Assembly (NCBI GenBank): GCA_964016885.1
Contig: OZ024743.1
Location: 107,198,001 to 107,262,000 of the forward strand
Reading direction: 5' to 3'
Length of the DNA: 64,000 nucleotides
Origin: Eledone cirrhosa
Taxonomy: Eukaryota
A program made the translations under genes and the position numbers. Shown here one piece after another: positions 1 to 13,136 of this stretch; within the stretch, counting starts at the first letter, position 1; every line of letters begins with the position of its first letter. Under the pieces are notes generated by a model. That model made no database searches, was not told the origin of the DNA, and saw nothing but the letters and a program-made list of their open reading frames with translations.

Positions 1-303
1 CTGTTTATATATCTATTTGGCTGAAGGTTGTGTATTAAATTAGAAATCAGTAAATATTTAATGCAGCAATAGAAAATTAATTGAAAAAGTGGGAATGGGT
101 ATATTTAAAAATATATTTTCAAAATTTAAATACCTTTTAGCATATCAGTTTATTTAATACTTTATAGGTATTCCTATACTAACAATAAATACACAAATTT
201 ATCTCGCCTAGGAATCAAATTGGAGGTTAGAGCAATCTCTTTGTTTAATATTTGCGATCTGGAATGTCTGTATAAGTGTACAGTGATACTTACTGAATAA
301 TTC

Positions 304-392
<89 letters not shown>

Positions 393-705
393 TAAGTTAT
401 TCCGGGTTGAATCGGAGGTAACCACAGTAAGTAAGGTACTCAATACATAGCAGAGTATAAAAGTTTTAATATAGATGTGATTCTACAGGACTGGAACTGT
501 TTCATTCTTTAGAAATCATCAGGAATCTCGATGATTCTCAGATAAGTACGCTATAAGTACGCTATAAGATCTTTTTGCCGAACATTGGCAGTTGAATTCA
601 AGGCGTGAACAAAGAGGCTTTAACAGACTAAAAAGGCTCACAACTACCGCTTATAAACAACAGATAAGTACGCTACTAATCAATTAAATGAGGCAATGAG
701 AATAA

Positions 706-793
706 TAATAATTGTTTCTACGTTTGGCACAAGGCCAGCAATAACCCAGTGCATTACTTGTGCTTTATTTTATCGACCCCGTAACGATGAAAG
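706..793 (-). mobile_element. SINE 3' fragment captured inside the fold-back element
   Basis: tgtttctacgtttggcacaaggccagcaat...tttattttatcgaccccgtaacgatgaaag matches the abundant SINE. Confidence 0.8.
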
Positions 794-800
794 AATCTCA

Positions 801-849
801 GATTCCTGATGATTTCTAAAGAATGAAACAGTTCTAGTCCTGTAGAATC
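801..849 (+). ncRNA. Type I hammerhead ribozyme (inverted copy at 479-527 on -)
   Basis: gattc-CTGATGA-tTTCtaaaGAAt-GAAA-CAG ttctagtc CTG-TA-gaatc: stems I/II/III pair, GUA cleavage triplet. Confidence 0.8.
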
Positions 850-860
850 TCATCTATATT

Positions 861-909
<49 letters not shown>

Positions 910-938
910 GAAATCAGTAAAATTGAATCTCTGGCGGT

Positions 939-1312
939 TTGCAAGTAAATTCGGCCTACTTATATGAAAAGATGAGTTAGCAAAGCACTCGATAAGATAG
1001 GGCGTTAGAGTAATAACATACGGTTAAATAGCTTGACAAATCGAACATTGTGGTAGGCGAATCTAACACACAATATATACCAAAGTAACGATAGAACTAA
1101 TCAGGTTGAGAAAAGTACACCTGTTGCAAGTAAATTCGGCCTACTTATATGAAATGATGAGGTAGGTAGCAAAGCACTCGATAAGATAGGGCCTTAGAGT
1201 AATAACATACGTTTAAATAGCTTGACAAATCGAACATTGTGGTAGGCGAATCTAACACACAATATATACCAAAGTAACGATAGAACTAATCAGGTTGAGA
1301 AAAGTACACCTG
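939..1312. repeat. Tandem duplication, 2 x ~185 bp
   Basis: 939-1123 and 1124-1312 nearly identical (ttgcaagtaaattcggcc...aaagtacacctg). Confidence 0.9.
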
Positions 1313-1730
<418 letters not shown>

Positions 1731-1846
1731 GACTAAATTTAGTGTCTAAAATTACGAGGGTAGAGAATGCCACAAACGTTTTAAATATTTAATCTTAAAC
1801 ATACAGTAGGATATAATTCTATACTGACCGTATCAAAAATATTTCA

Positions 1847-1933
1847 TCTCTCGGACAGATTATAGATTTAATCTGTTTCGCCCTGAAAATTGTGTTTGTA
1901 ACATATGATCTGTAGGCTTTCATCAGCGAGAGA
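1847..1933 (-). ncRNA. Type I hammerhead ribozyme in a PLE-like pLTR remnant (~1731-2390)
   Basis: Minus strand: tctctcg-CTGATGA-aagcc...ggc-GAAA-CAGATTA aatcta TAATCTG-TC-cgagaga; 7-bp stem I, 8-bp stem III, GUC. Confidence 0.8.
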
Positions 1934-2174
1934 TTAGATCAAATGAAACAAAACACATCTACCAACAACTCAAGGAGTAAAAATGTGCACCTCGTGAGCT
2001 GCACGCTATACTTGGTATGAGTGTTTATGCTAGAGATAATAGGCTTATTACACTCAACTTATAAGATCACCTAGGTAGGGAGCGGAAATACAAATAAAAT
2101 ACAGTTATTAACTCATATTGATACCCTGCACTTAACAAGCTCAAAGTATAAATACTGAGCATTATATTAATATA

Positions 2175-2293
2175 TGAGTTCAAATCCCGCCGAGGTTGAC
2201 TTTGCCTTTCATCCTTACGTGGTCGATAAAATAAAGTACAAGTAATGCACTGGGTAATTGCTGGCATTATGCCGAGAGTAGAAACAATTATAT
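2175..2293 (+). mobile_element. SINE 3' half
   Basis: gagttcaaatcccgccgagg...tttgcctttcatcc...gtcgataaaataaagtac...agtagaaacaatta. Confidence 0.85.
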
Positions 2294-2387
2294 TAATATA
2301 TGTATAAATAAACACAGTAAATTTCGTGTCTAAAATGACGTTAATTGCAGGGTATCAATATGAGTTAACAACTCTGTATTTTATTAG

Positions 2388-2439
<52 letters not shown>

Positions 2440-2456
2440 CAAATATATAAAAACAA

Positions 2457-2507
<51 letters not shown>

Positions 2508-2510
<3 letters not shown>

Positions 2511-3187
2511 ATAATAATAAATTTGAAGACTAAAATCCAAAGAGGGATCGATAAGGATAAATATATATTAAATATATAAGAATCGTAGAGCAAATTTATT
2601 TATTTATTTCATTATTTATTTGTATACACGCACACACACACACATATTTATATGTGCGTGATTTTGTATTTGCATGCGTGTATGCATTTATTTAATTTCC
2701 ATTACCTCTGTATTGTATTTATTTACTTTATTCTTAACTCTGAAGCGTAGATTCATTCGGTTTCCTAGTTAGAATTTAGTCTACGACTTCAGCTATACCA
2801 TTTGCGTGCTTTTGTCTTTGCGTGCAATTGTTCTCCACGCTCCACATATGACGTATTATCTTCGTTTTTTCCGTTCATTGCCAGAGACTGTCTCTATGAA
2901 CCACCTAAGTTAACATTAGTCTACGACTTCTTTTATACCATACACGTGGTTCTGTTTTTTGCGCGTAATTGTTTTTCACCGCTCCTATTAATGACGTATT
3001 ATATTCGTTTTTTCCCGTTCTTTGCCAGGGAACGTTTCCACGAACCAAAGTATCGTCTTCCTGTCTTCCTCCGGTTGCAACGTTTTTTGAAATACCCACT
3101 TCTGCGTTTACAGATTGACTTTGTTAGTTTCAGAAGATCCCGTTAAAGGTGAAAACAGCGATTCTTTGCTTAAACTTTAATCTGTTA

Positions 3188-3195
<8 letters not shown>
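2508..3195 (+). mobile_element. Non-coding (pLTR-only) copy of the PLE family at 27921-30117
   Basis: Both ends and the 3' ~600 bp match 27921-27970 and ~29520-30117; flanked by (TA)n. Confidence 0.85.
3110..3185 (+). ncRNA. Variant hammerhead-like fold (CAGAAGA core)
   Basis: agttt-CAGAAGA-tccc gttaa aggt-GAAA-acag..ttgc-TT-aaact with extended stem acagattga/ttaatctgt; slightly decayed relative to 30034-30109. Confidence 0.5.
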
Positions 3196-3248
<53 letters not shown>

Positions 3249-3802
3249 AAAATTAAATTAAGGGTTGTCATGTCTGAGAGACATGCGCCATATCCACTGC
3301 AGAATAAGGTCAAACATTCCAATAAATAGATCCGAGCATTTCATATCAACTAGAAATAGATTGACACATATATATATATAAAATAAACAATCACAGGGAA
3401 TAATTTGTAAAGTATGTAAGCACACATAGCTAGGCAGGTAACCAATTAAAGTTTAACCAGAATTTCAAATATAGATACCTTTTAAAATGATTAATCTCCT
3501 TTGTATATATTTCTTTAAATAAAAAATATATTTCACCAATTAATCAGTAAATCACAGTAGTCAAATCCAAGATGGTCACCAAAGGAGAAGATCCAACTAT
3601 CTGCGTTTACAAAGCAAATGCAAATCTGTGAATCACTCGAACCACGTGTTGCATTTTAAAAAATTACACACATCGCACAGCGTCATCCCAGTGGTGTGAA
3701 TAGGATTATCGACAGCTAGAAATAGCAGCCGGGTCCATTCAACTGAGTTAGCTCTACAATTAAAGGGCCGTATATATATCCAAAATTAAATTACACACAC
3801 AC

Positions 3803-4503
<701 letters not shown>

Positions 4504-4832
4504 CTATCTATTTATAATTATTTCTCTTTATCTATCACACGGGTCTAAAATCCTGATCAAGTAAGACAATGACTTCAGCCTAATGACGTCCCTCACCCCA
4601 GAAATGGTAACTAGTTGCAGTTTGTTTAGTGTCGTATTGGGAGTGGTGGTGTACTGTTTGCAGGGCAGCGTTATCTCCTTTTTTAACCCTTGTGTGTAGG
4701 AGTCTGGTGGGTATGTCTGCGTGTAGATTCATGGTTAGATTCTCCTTGAGTTCTTGGATATACTTGATTGGTGTAGATTTGTTTCCATTTAATTTAAGAC
4801 TAGTGACGATGATAGTTTAATTCAGGTATATA

Positions 4833-4882
<50 letters not shown>

Positions 4883-4884
<2 letters not shown>

Positions 4885-6159
4885 ATAACAATAAATCGTT
4901 AAAGGTAATCCGATAAAAGTCTGTGAAAACTATTTATCATGGACAGTTTAAGCGTACGGTACAGTGTGACGCAACAAGAGGTTTACTTCGGTGACGATTT
5001 TATGACTTCGCTTGTATTCCTATGAAAATATATCTTGAAGTAATAAAAGAGTGAAGAATAACATGGTTGACAGTACAAAACAAAATTTACAGTCTTACAA
5101 TTGTTTCAATGGTAGAAATATCTATACATTGCTAAATACTGGAGACAGTACAACACAATTTACAATACATCTAAGTATCATCATTTCATCAGAGACAAAT
5201 AAGAAATATAAAATATATGCGTAACGGTAAACATGAACATTTAAATTACTACATCAATAATAGTATTAATGATAAATAAATAAATAAATAAATATAGGAA
5301 GGGGAACAGATGGAAGTGAGAGAGAAAGAAATAAAATGACGAAAGAAGGAACGAAGATATAGTTAAATATATAACCGGCAAAATTTACGAAATCAAATTA
5401 TCACATCAAAATAAATAAATATGATATTAATAATAATAAAGATATATATAGAAAAGAGAAGGGGGGATATAACATAGGCAGAGAGGAAGGATAAGTAAGG
5501 AAGATGAGAAAGAAATAGAAGAAAATTAACAGGGATGAGGAAGCAGAGGGGGATAGAATTAATCATGAATATGGAGATATGAAGAAGAGAGAAATGAAAG
5601 TAAACAGACGGACGAATAAACATTACTACATAAAATAGCTAGTTTGAGATGTATTATAGGGTAAAATAATCGAGATGAAATATGTTTACGTGGAGAAATA
5701 CAAAGACAAATGGTGAGATGTGTATAAATATAAGATAATAAATGATGTAAATACAAATAAAAATAAAAATAATGATGTTAATACAAATGTGTTTAGGTTA
5801 TTCTTACGTAACTATGAAGTTTGTAATAATTTGATATTGTAATAGGTGCTAAAAGTATAAAAAGGAATAAGGAAAAGAAAATGGAGTTAAGTTGGTCTAA
5901 AGTTCAGGAATTCCGTTGCTGATTTATGCCGGCAAAAGATAGTTCGCTCAATTTTGCTATTAAGAAGGGATTTACTAAAATTATGAATTTGGAAGAGCTC
6001 CATATTACAGAGCCTACCATGGGACATACCAGTTTGAAAGGCCTTAGCAGGTGACAGTATTTTCCAGCTGATCTAATATTTAGTGCCTGCATTCTTGAGT
6101 TGCCATATTTTACTGGCAAGAGTAGTTGTATTTGATAGATTACTATTAATCATAGAATG
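4883..6159 (-). mobile_element. PLE (Naiad-like) 3' fragment: GIY-YIG C-terminus, 3'UTR and HHR-bearing pLTR
   Basis: Minus strand ~6159-5895 reads TTLASKIWQLKNAGTKY*ISWKILSPAKAF..GRLCNMEL..LLNSKIE..FCRHK; TA-flanked. Confidence 0.8.
5092..5196 (-). ncRNA. Type I hammerhead ribozyme, long stem II, palindromic stem III
   Basis: gtct-CTGATGA-aatg...catt-GAAA-CAATTG-TA-agac. Confidence 0.75.
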
Positions 6160-6190
<31 letters not shown>

Positions 6191-6195
<5 letters not shown>

Positions 6196-6272
6196 CGGTA
6201 AAATAAGTTGTCATAAGCCGCTATATATATATATATATATAGCGGCTTATGACAACTTATTTTACCGTCTTT
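6191..6272. repeat. Inverted repeat (31-bp arms) centred on (TA)10
   Basis: aaagacggtaaaataagttgtcataagccgc and its exact reverse complement. Confidence 0.9.
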
Positions 6273-6574
6273 AAGGGTCTCCACCTTATTTCATAAATTA
6301 TTTATAGCATCTGGGCGCATGAACGTGTTAGACGTAATCTTCTCAAAGTTTCGGAAAACTCCAGCTGGAAATGGTAAACATTAATACTCACACTGACCTA
6401 AATATATATAATAGTAATTTCTTGTTAATAAATCCGTTATTAATTTTCATGTATAGATAAATAAACACTACTGTAAGCAGGCTGCACTCAACGATGCATA
6501 GCTCCACCGTTAAGATATTTTCACGTATGTGTGTGTACGACGGAAAGTTGGTATATTAATAAAATATATATATA

Positions 6575-6612
<38 letters not shown>

Positions 6613-7713
6613 ATTTTAGAACTACATGTGATGTTGATGCGATTGTCACATTGATGTTAGGCGAAATTTGTCTTTGTGGAGAAGTCGTATTTCATTACAC
6701 GAGGAGGACTATTAAAAAATTACAGTCAGATATATATTCTTGTTTAATGAAAGAAATATTCAATGAGTTTATTAGTTAATGCAACGTTTCAAGATCATTT
6801 CAGCGTTCTGTTTCACGATACCACATGACAGTAGGCCAGTATACCCGTCGTGGCCTCGGTTTTCGGTCTCCTGTCTCACTGGTCCTGTCTGCTTTCTTTT
6901 CGTCGGTGCCGACTTGTCATGTCTTCTTCGTCACTAAGTTACCTCACAACACATCCGAACCTTCTGTGATCAAGGAGCGCGATGCAACCTACAGGAAATA
7001 TAACCGGCTCGGACGCCGCCCTGTGAATGTCTACCCCCTTCTCCACTCCGTTGGCATCCAGTCCCTCAAAAACAAATAAAACGCCATCATTTGCAGCATG
7101 ATTTCAGAGATGGCTGGTGCGACGGCTTGATTAGCACCGTCTAGCAGGTTTAGCACAGCCTCCCAACAACACCGTGGTACCTGTCTGAACGCTGTTCCAT
7201 TAAGCGGGACCCTCTCTCTCTATTGGCAAAGGTTTGTGAAATTATAAAGCCAGAAGAACATACATACATATATACACATATACATGCATATATACATATA
7301 TATTTTATCTTCGTTTTGTGTGGAAGTACATAAATAATTGTTTTACCATTTACAAGTGTATTCCTATCTATAAATTTAGCATCTGCTGTATGGAAAAATC
7401 TTGCAGCTGCGTGATTCATAATAGAGGTGTCTATGAAGGCATATGCAGTAAACTTATATATGTATAATAAACATACATGTCTCGCTATAATTATTGTATC
7501 TGTGATCAAATCACACTTATCTCATGTTAAATAATCAGTACTGAGATATGAAAAAACTATATCTCATATACCAATTGCGCGCTTAACATTGATGCATATA
7601 CGTATATATAGATGTGTCTGTGTGTGTGTGTTTGAGTGTGTATGAGTGTGTGTGTTTGCTTGTTTGTGTGCGTGCATATGTGAGTATGTGCGTCTGCGGG
7701 TGCGTTTGTGCGT

Positions 7714-7751
<38 letters not shown>

Positions 7752-8074
7752 TGTAAGTGTAATGAAAAATGAAGTGGATCCAATCTTTTCGATAATGGTG
7801 TATGAGAGCATATCGGTTACACAAACATTATTTCATATGAATACAACGATGAATGGGCAATAGCAACCATAACATTGCCCCTGCTGGTAGCGAGCGTAGC
7901 ATTGTAACCATCTTTATCGCCGTCACATGTAGCAGAAGAAGTACCACCACAAGCAGCACAACAACCACCAATTTCAACAACAATACATTCTTCATTAGAT
8001 TGACTTTTCGCACCATGATTTAAAGTTATTGTTCCCCTTCCTTATTCGCAAATTTGTTATATAATATATAAAAA

Positions 8075-8143
<69 letters not shown>

Positions 8144-8214
8144 GTGTGTGTGTATGTAACCTAATATATTCCTTCCATATACTGTTGTTATTTCTGTTTA
8201 CCTTATACAGATGT

Positions 8215-8266
<52 letters not shown>

Positions 8267-8577
8267 CTTTTTCGGTAATTTGCATTTTCCCATTGTTTAT
8301 GTTGCTTTTTTTATTATCAAATTCCTTTTGTCTTTATAAAGTTCGGTTCCCTAAATACGGAAACTAACCCTGAGGATATTATTCTAATATGCTTCGGCAA
8401 CACATTGGCTGGGATTCAATGCCCATTATACTCACTTCATTCATGCATCATGCATGGATGAATATATTCGACAAAAAAAAAAAAATCTTCGGTTTTCTTC
8501 AACATTACAAAAAAGGGGGTCTTTTTATGAATAAAATAAACCCCCTGAAATATTTTCTCTGTGTTCATCTTTTAAAG

Positions 8578-8605
8578 ACCAGTTTGCCGTGTGTAATCAG
8601 AAATG
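8578..8605 (+). CDS. Candidate microexon (TSLPCVIRN)
   Basis: Pyrimidine tract plus aag acceptor; G|gtatgt donor; phase fits the 10434 candidate. Confidence 0.3.
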
Positions 8606-9130
8606 GTATGTCTCAGCGCATTCTTTCAAAATAAGATAATGTCCATCAAATAACGACAATGATAGATGAACATTATTTACTTTTTATCCTTTGTGATTAT
8701 TGAAAAAAAAAACATTTTTTAAAGTTATATTTCATTATTATTTTTATATTTAATATTCATTCGAACGTTAAATTTCAATTCCATTAAAACCGTTGCGTTG
8801 GCACATCCTCATCTAAGTTTAAAAAAACAACAACATAAATAAATATGTTCTTGGCATATTGCCACAGCTACTGAGCATACTTCATGTATAATTTTAATTT
8901 TATACCTGTATATATATACACATATATATATATACTTAGATATAGGTCTATGCATGAATGCATTTTAGTGCGTCTGTGTGTGTATGTAGCTGTGTATTGT
9001 TTGTATATTTGCACGTTTGATTAATGCTCACCACTAGCATTTTATTCATATATTTGTAGCTTAGGCTACACGGTTATCTTGCCAGTCGACAATAGATAAT
9101 ATTGGGTATCTTAGCACACACTGGCACATA

Positions 9131-9176
<46 letters not shown>

Positions 9177-9894
9177 ATGTATATATATACGATGATCCTC
9201 TCGCCATTTGAATACCACACTGAGACGTGTTCCCTTAATGACATTCTCATATAGAATCAGTGTAATTTAATGCCATATAACTGTATCTATGAAATACAAT
9301 GCAATCCATCCAACATGATTCAACAGGGGCTCCCCATATCTAATTCCACCGCCAAGGCTCGACTCCAACTAAGTCTATCGCAAATAAACTTTCCCTGGGG
9401 CCACAAAGTGGGATTGAACGTCAAACTTCATGTTTACTGGGCGAACTTTTTATACACTGTCAAAATTACGTTAACATATATATACGTACATGCAAATATT
9501 TATACTTACATACATACATTTACGTATATACGTATATGTATGTCATCCTTTTTGTTTTTAGGAAACAATGGTTATGTTTTCGTAGTTTTCATGATCACGT
9601 ATTCAGAAACATTCGTATTTCATAATATCATGTAATATTACAAAATCATGTATACTTACTGAAAAAACAATATTTTCCATGAAATATATATATTTATTGT
9701 AATGATTCTGAATAGGAAATAATCATACTTCTTGGAGGTTCTAACAAATTGTGAAGATCAATGCAGGTTTAGTGTATATTCTGGAAGTTCTAGAGAGAGG
9801 GATTATTCGACGTTTGAATAAAGCCCTTGCGTCTAAATGTTGCATTCATTTTGTTTTATTAACATTTGTTGAGGTTGACACAAACGGTGATAAT

Positions 9895-10076
9895 TGTTTC
9901 TACTTTTGGCACAAGGCCAGCAATTACCCAGTACATTACTGGTACTTTATTTTATCGACCCCTTAAGGATGAAAGGCAAAGTTAACCTCGGCGGGATTTG
10001 AACTCAGTATGGCAAGGGCCGTAACTCTATGCGTCAAAGCATGGCGTCCGACCCTCTACCGATACTGCCAATCCAC
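9895..10076 (-). mobile_element. Full-length tRNA-derived SINE with 16-bp TSD
   Basis: TSD cacaaacggtgataat at 9879-9894 and 10077-10092; B-box-like GAGTTCAAATCC; Deu/Nin-like core CTTTCATCC..GGGGTCGATAAA. Confidence 0.9.
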
Positions 10077-10433
10077 CACAAACGGTGATAATGGGAGTCA
10101 ACTATATCAAGTGGGCTTGCGTGAGTGACGCACAGGGGTAATTAAGTCAGTGAAGCTAGACTACTTACTGTGTTGTTGCTTAGCATCTTATCAATGCAGT
10201 ATATGATTGATAACATTGCAGCGAAGATGAACAGATCTGTTTTTCTGCTAACGCTCTTTCGCGGCTACGAATTTACAGAGCCTTTAGAACGTCATATAGA
10301 ATGCTTTGAGGTATTCATTATGGATGTCTGTGCAATGAATTCAAATACGCCGATGTCACCTTTGCTTTTTATTCTTCTGAGTTGAATAAAAAGAGGCAGC
10401 TGTACTATGTTCAACTTTTCCCTTTTATTACAG

Positions 10434-10474
10434 TCGTTCCTTCTCTGGACAGATTCGGCTGTGATCAGATGTGG
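10434..10474 (+). CDS. Candidate microexon (VPSLDRFGCDQMW)
   Basis: cttttcccttttattacag| acceptor and TGG|gtgagc donor. Confidence 0.4.
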
Positions 10475-11094
10475 GTGAGCTCTGATAGTGTTGAAGGTCC
10501 TAAAATATACCGCTATGATTCCAACAGGAATTACGGTTCCATATTTGCATATAATGCATTTTGAACTACAATTACCGAATATATTCTTCCGTTGTTACAT
10601 GTTAACGATTGGTAAAACTGGTAAAACATTAGATACAGTGCCATTGCGGTATTTGTTCTGGTTTCTTGAGTTCAAATACCATTGACATCAAATTTCAGTT
10701 CCATCCTTCCTAGGTCACTAAAATATATAATCAGCCAAATATTTGGGCACATTTAATCACGTTTCCCATTCCGTACATCTGCTGGCATTGTGTCTAATAT
10801 TTTAAAAAATAAGTATAGGTACAAAATCCTATAGCTGATGGAAGAGGTGGGTAGCCAATTCAACTGACCCCAATAACCGATCTGCAATATATTTTATTGA
10901 AAGAGAAATTTGACCTCAGTAGGAATTGATCTCGGAATTCAGAGAGATAGAATAAATACGCACCAGATTTGTTCCATCCTTTAATGGTTTTGCCAATCCA
11001 GCGACTAACATCTGTTCAGACATGAAATGGGTTCTTTCTCTAATGAGAAAGTCTTTGGAGTACAGGTTTAGAATGTCATGGATATGTGAATATA

Positions 11095-11181
11095 AATGTT
11101 TCTACTTTTGGCACAAGGCCAGCAATTATTTCAGTGTATTACTAGTACTTTATTTTATCAACCCCGTAAGGATGAAAGGCA
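11095..11181 (-). mobile_element. SINE 3' fragment
   Basis: Matches SINE 3' end. Confidence 0.8.
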
Positions 11182-11432
11182 GAGAGAGTGGTAGGAAGCA
11201 TTAACGAGGGTGTATGAGGTTTGATATATAATTTTATATCATTGTCTTTATTATAAAACACAGACACACACTCATAGAAGCACAGAACACCAGACGCACA
11301 CACAAACACACGTATATAATTCTTTTACACATATGTGTATATATATGTTTGTGTCTGTGGCCGTATACAAACACTCACGCACATACCTACACACATACAT
11401 ATATATACATATATACATATATAATGTTTATA

Positions 11433-11502
<70 letters not shown>

Positions 11503-12034
11503 TATATATGAAACAGTGTGCTATATACTTTTTCGGTTGATTTCCTGTTGATTTCTGGTTGGTTCTGTTTCATGTTTTCTTGATTTCTGTAGATATTTCA
11601 GGCACAAGCGTCTTTAATTACGATACATGCTGTGGTATCTGTTGTATATATGTGTGTTGCTTTATATATCTTACATCTATATCCTTCACAATTAGATTAC
11701 CTGATAAAAACTTTATTTACAATGTTATGGGATATCCTTCGTGTTTGTAGATTCTCTTCAAATAGCATAAATTTACTCTATATATTTACTCTATTTTTTT
11801 ATTTCCTCTCATATGTTCTAGGTCAAAACATTTATTTTCTTACATTATTAGTATTAGACATTTTTCCGCGTTATTTGGCTTCTCTGTGTTTCATATTTTC
11901 GTTATTTGTTTCAGAATTATTTATTATATTTTTTCACTACAGGTATGATATATATTTATGGCATAGAATATTGTATTACTATTATGTGTTGTTATGTCGC
12001 CTCCCGTGATTTTTTGTTTTCTATTCTAGTATTA

Positions 12035-12240
12035 AGGTTGCGAATTGGCAGAGTCGTTAAGACGTCGGCTAGAATACTTTACGATATTGGTCCCACCTAT
12101 TTGCAAGCTCTTGGTTCAAATCCCGCCGTGGTCAACTTTGCCTTTCATTCTTTAGAGGTCGATAAAAAAAAGTACTTGTCCAGTACTGGGGTCGATTATT
12201 CTTCTATAACAAATATCGGCCGTGTTCAGCAATTCAAATT
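12035..12240 (+). mobile_element. Older, diverged SINE of the same superfamily
   Basis: ggttcaaatcccgccgtggtcaactttgcctttcatt...ggtcgataaa. Confidence 0.7.
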
Positions 12241-12937
12241 CTAGGGCACATTCACATCCGATGGATTTAAATGTGCCCTAGACACGCCGTGTGACGGTGC
12301 CTCTCAGACTCCACGAGGAATTATGGGATCTTTATCCTTATTTTTTTATTCTAGTATTGCCTTATTATAGTCTGAATATTTGCTTCATATAGTAAGGCGG
12401 TTGTAATGGCGTTATCATTACAGTATCGGACAAATGACATTTAGTTACGACGTTCTACATTCTCTGTTCAAATGACGTCGAGGTCAATTTGCTTGTTATC
12501 TTTTCGGGTTAGATATAAGCACCAGCGATGTATATGATCGAATTTTACCTTATACCATATTACTAGTCGTGTGTTGATTTTAGGAACAATTGTATTAAAA
12601 TGATGTATGGTTTAGCTCCTGGACCATATATATCCACATGAGTAAACCTATTGCAGCTAAAACCATCACAACTCCTCTATTTTTCTGAGAGGGAAATTGA
12701 TTAGACAGAAAATGTGTGGAAGCTCGTCAGAAGATTCGTCAAATTCTTAACACTATATCTTCCGCCTATATTCTCTGAGATCAACTTCGCATTTCATCAA
12801 TCCGACGTCAGTGAATTAAAGTACGTGCTGGATCTATATAGTTGACTTTCCATTCGCCCCAACCCCACGCAACTATAAAACTAGGATTGCTGGCCTTGTG
12901 TGAAAGTTAGATCTTATTATTATTATTATCAGTCATA

Positions 12938-13136
12938 GGGCGGTGGATTGGCAGTATCGGTGGAGGGTCGGACGCCATGTTTTCCAGCATAGAGTCACGT
13001 CCCTTTACGGACTGAGTTCAAATCCCGCCGAGTGTAACTTTGCTTTTCATCTTTCCGAATTCGATAAAATAAAGTACCAGTAATATACTGGGTAATTGCT
13101 GGCCTTGTGCCAAAAGTAGAAACAATTATTATTATT
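12938..13136 (+). mobile_element. Full-length SINE
   Basis: gggcggtggattggcagtatcgg...agtagaaacaattattatt. Confidence 0.9.

Larger units (their letters stand above)
391..864 (-). mobile_element. Miniature PLE-derived fold-back element (inverted pLTR arms with HHR, plus tail) in (TA)n
   Basis: Arms ~464-529 and ~800-864 are inverted copies; unpaired tail 391-463; (TA)n on both sides; same family at 57613-57810. Confidence 0.8.

Noticed and set aside
13-72. CTGAAGG..GAAA hammerhead-like motif
   Set aside because: Core imperfect and stems II/III do not pair convincingly
9990-10076. tRNA gene
   Set aside because: A/B-box-like head belongs to the SINE; no complete cloverleaf
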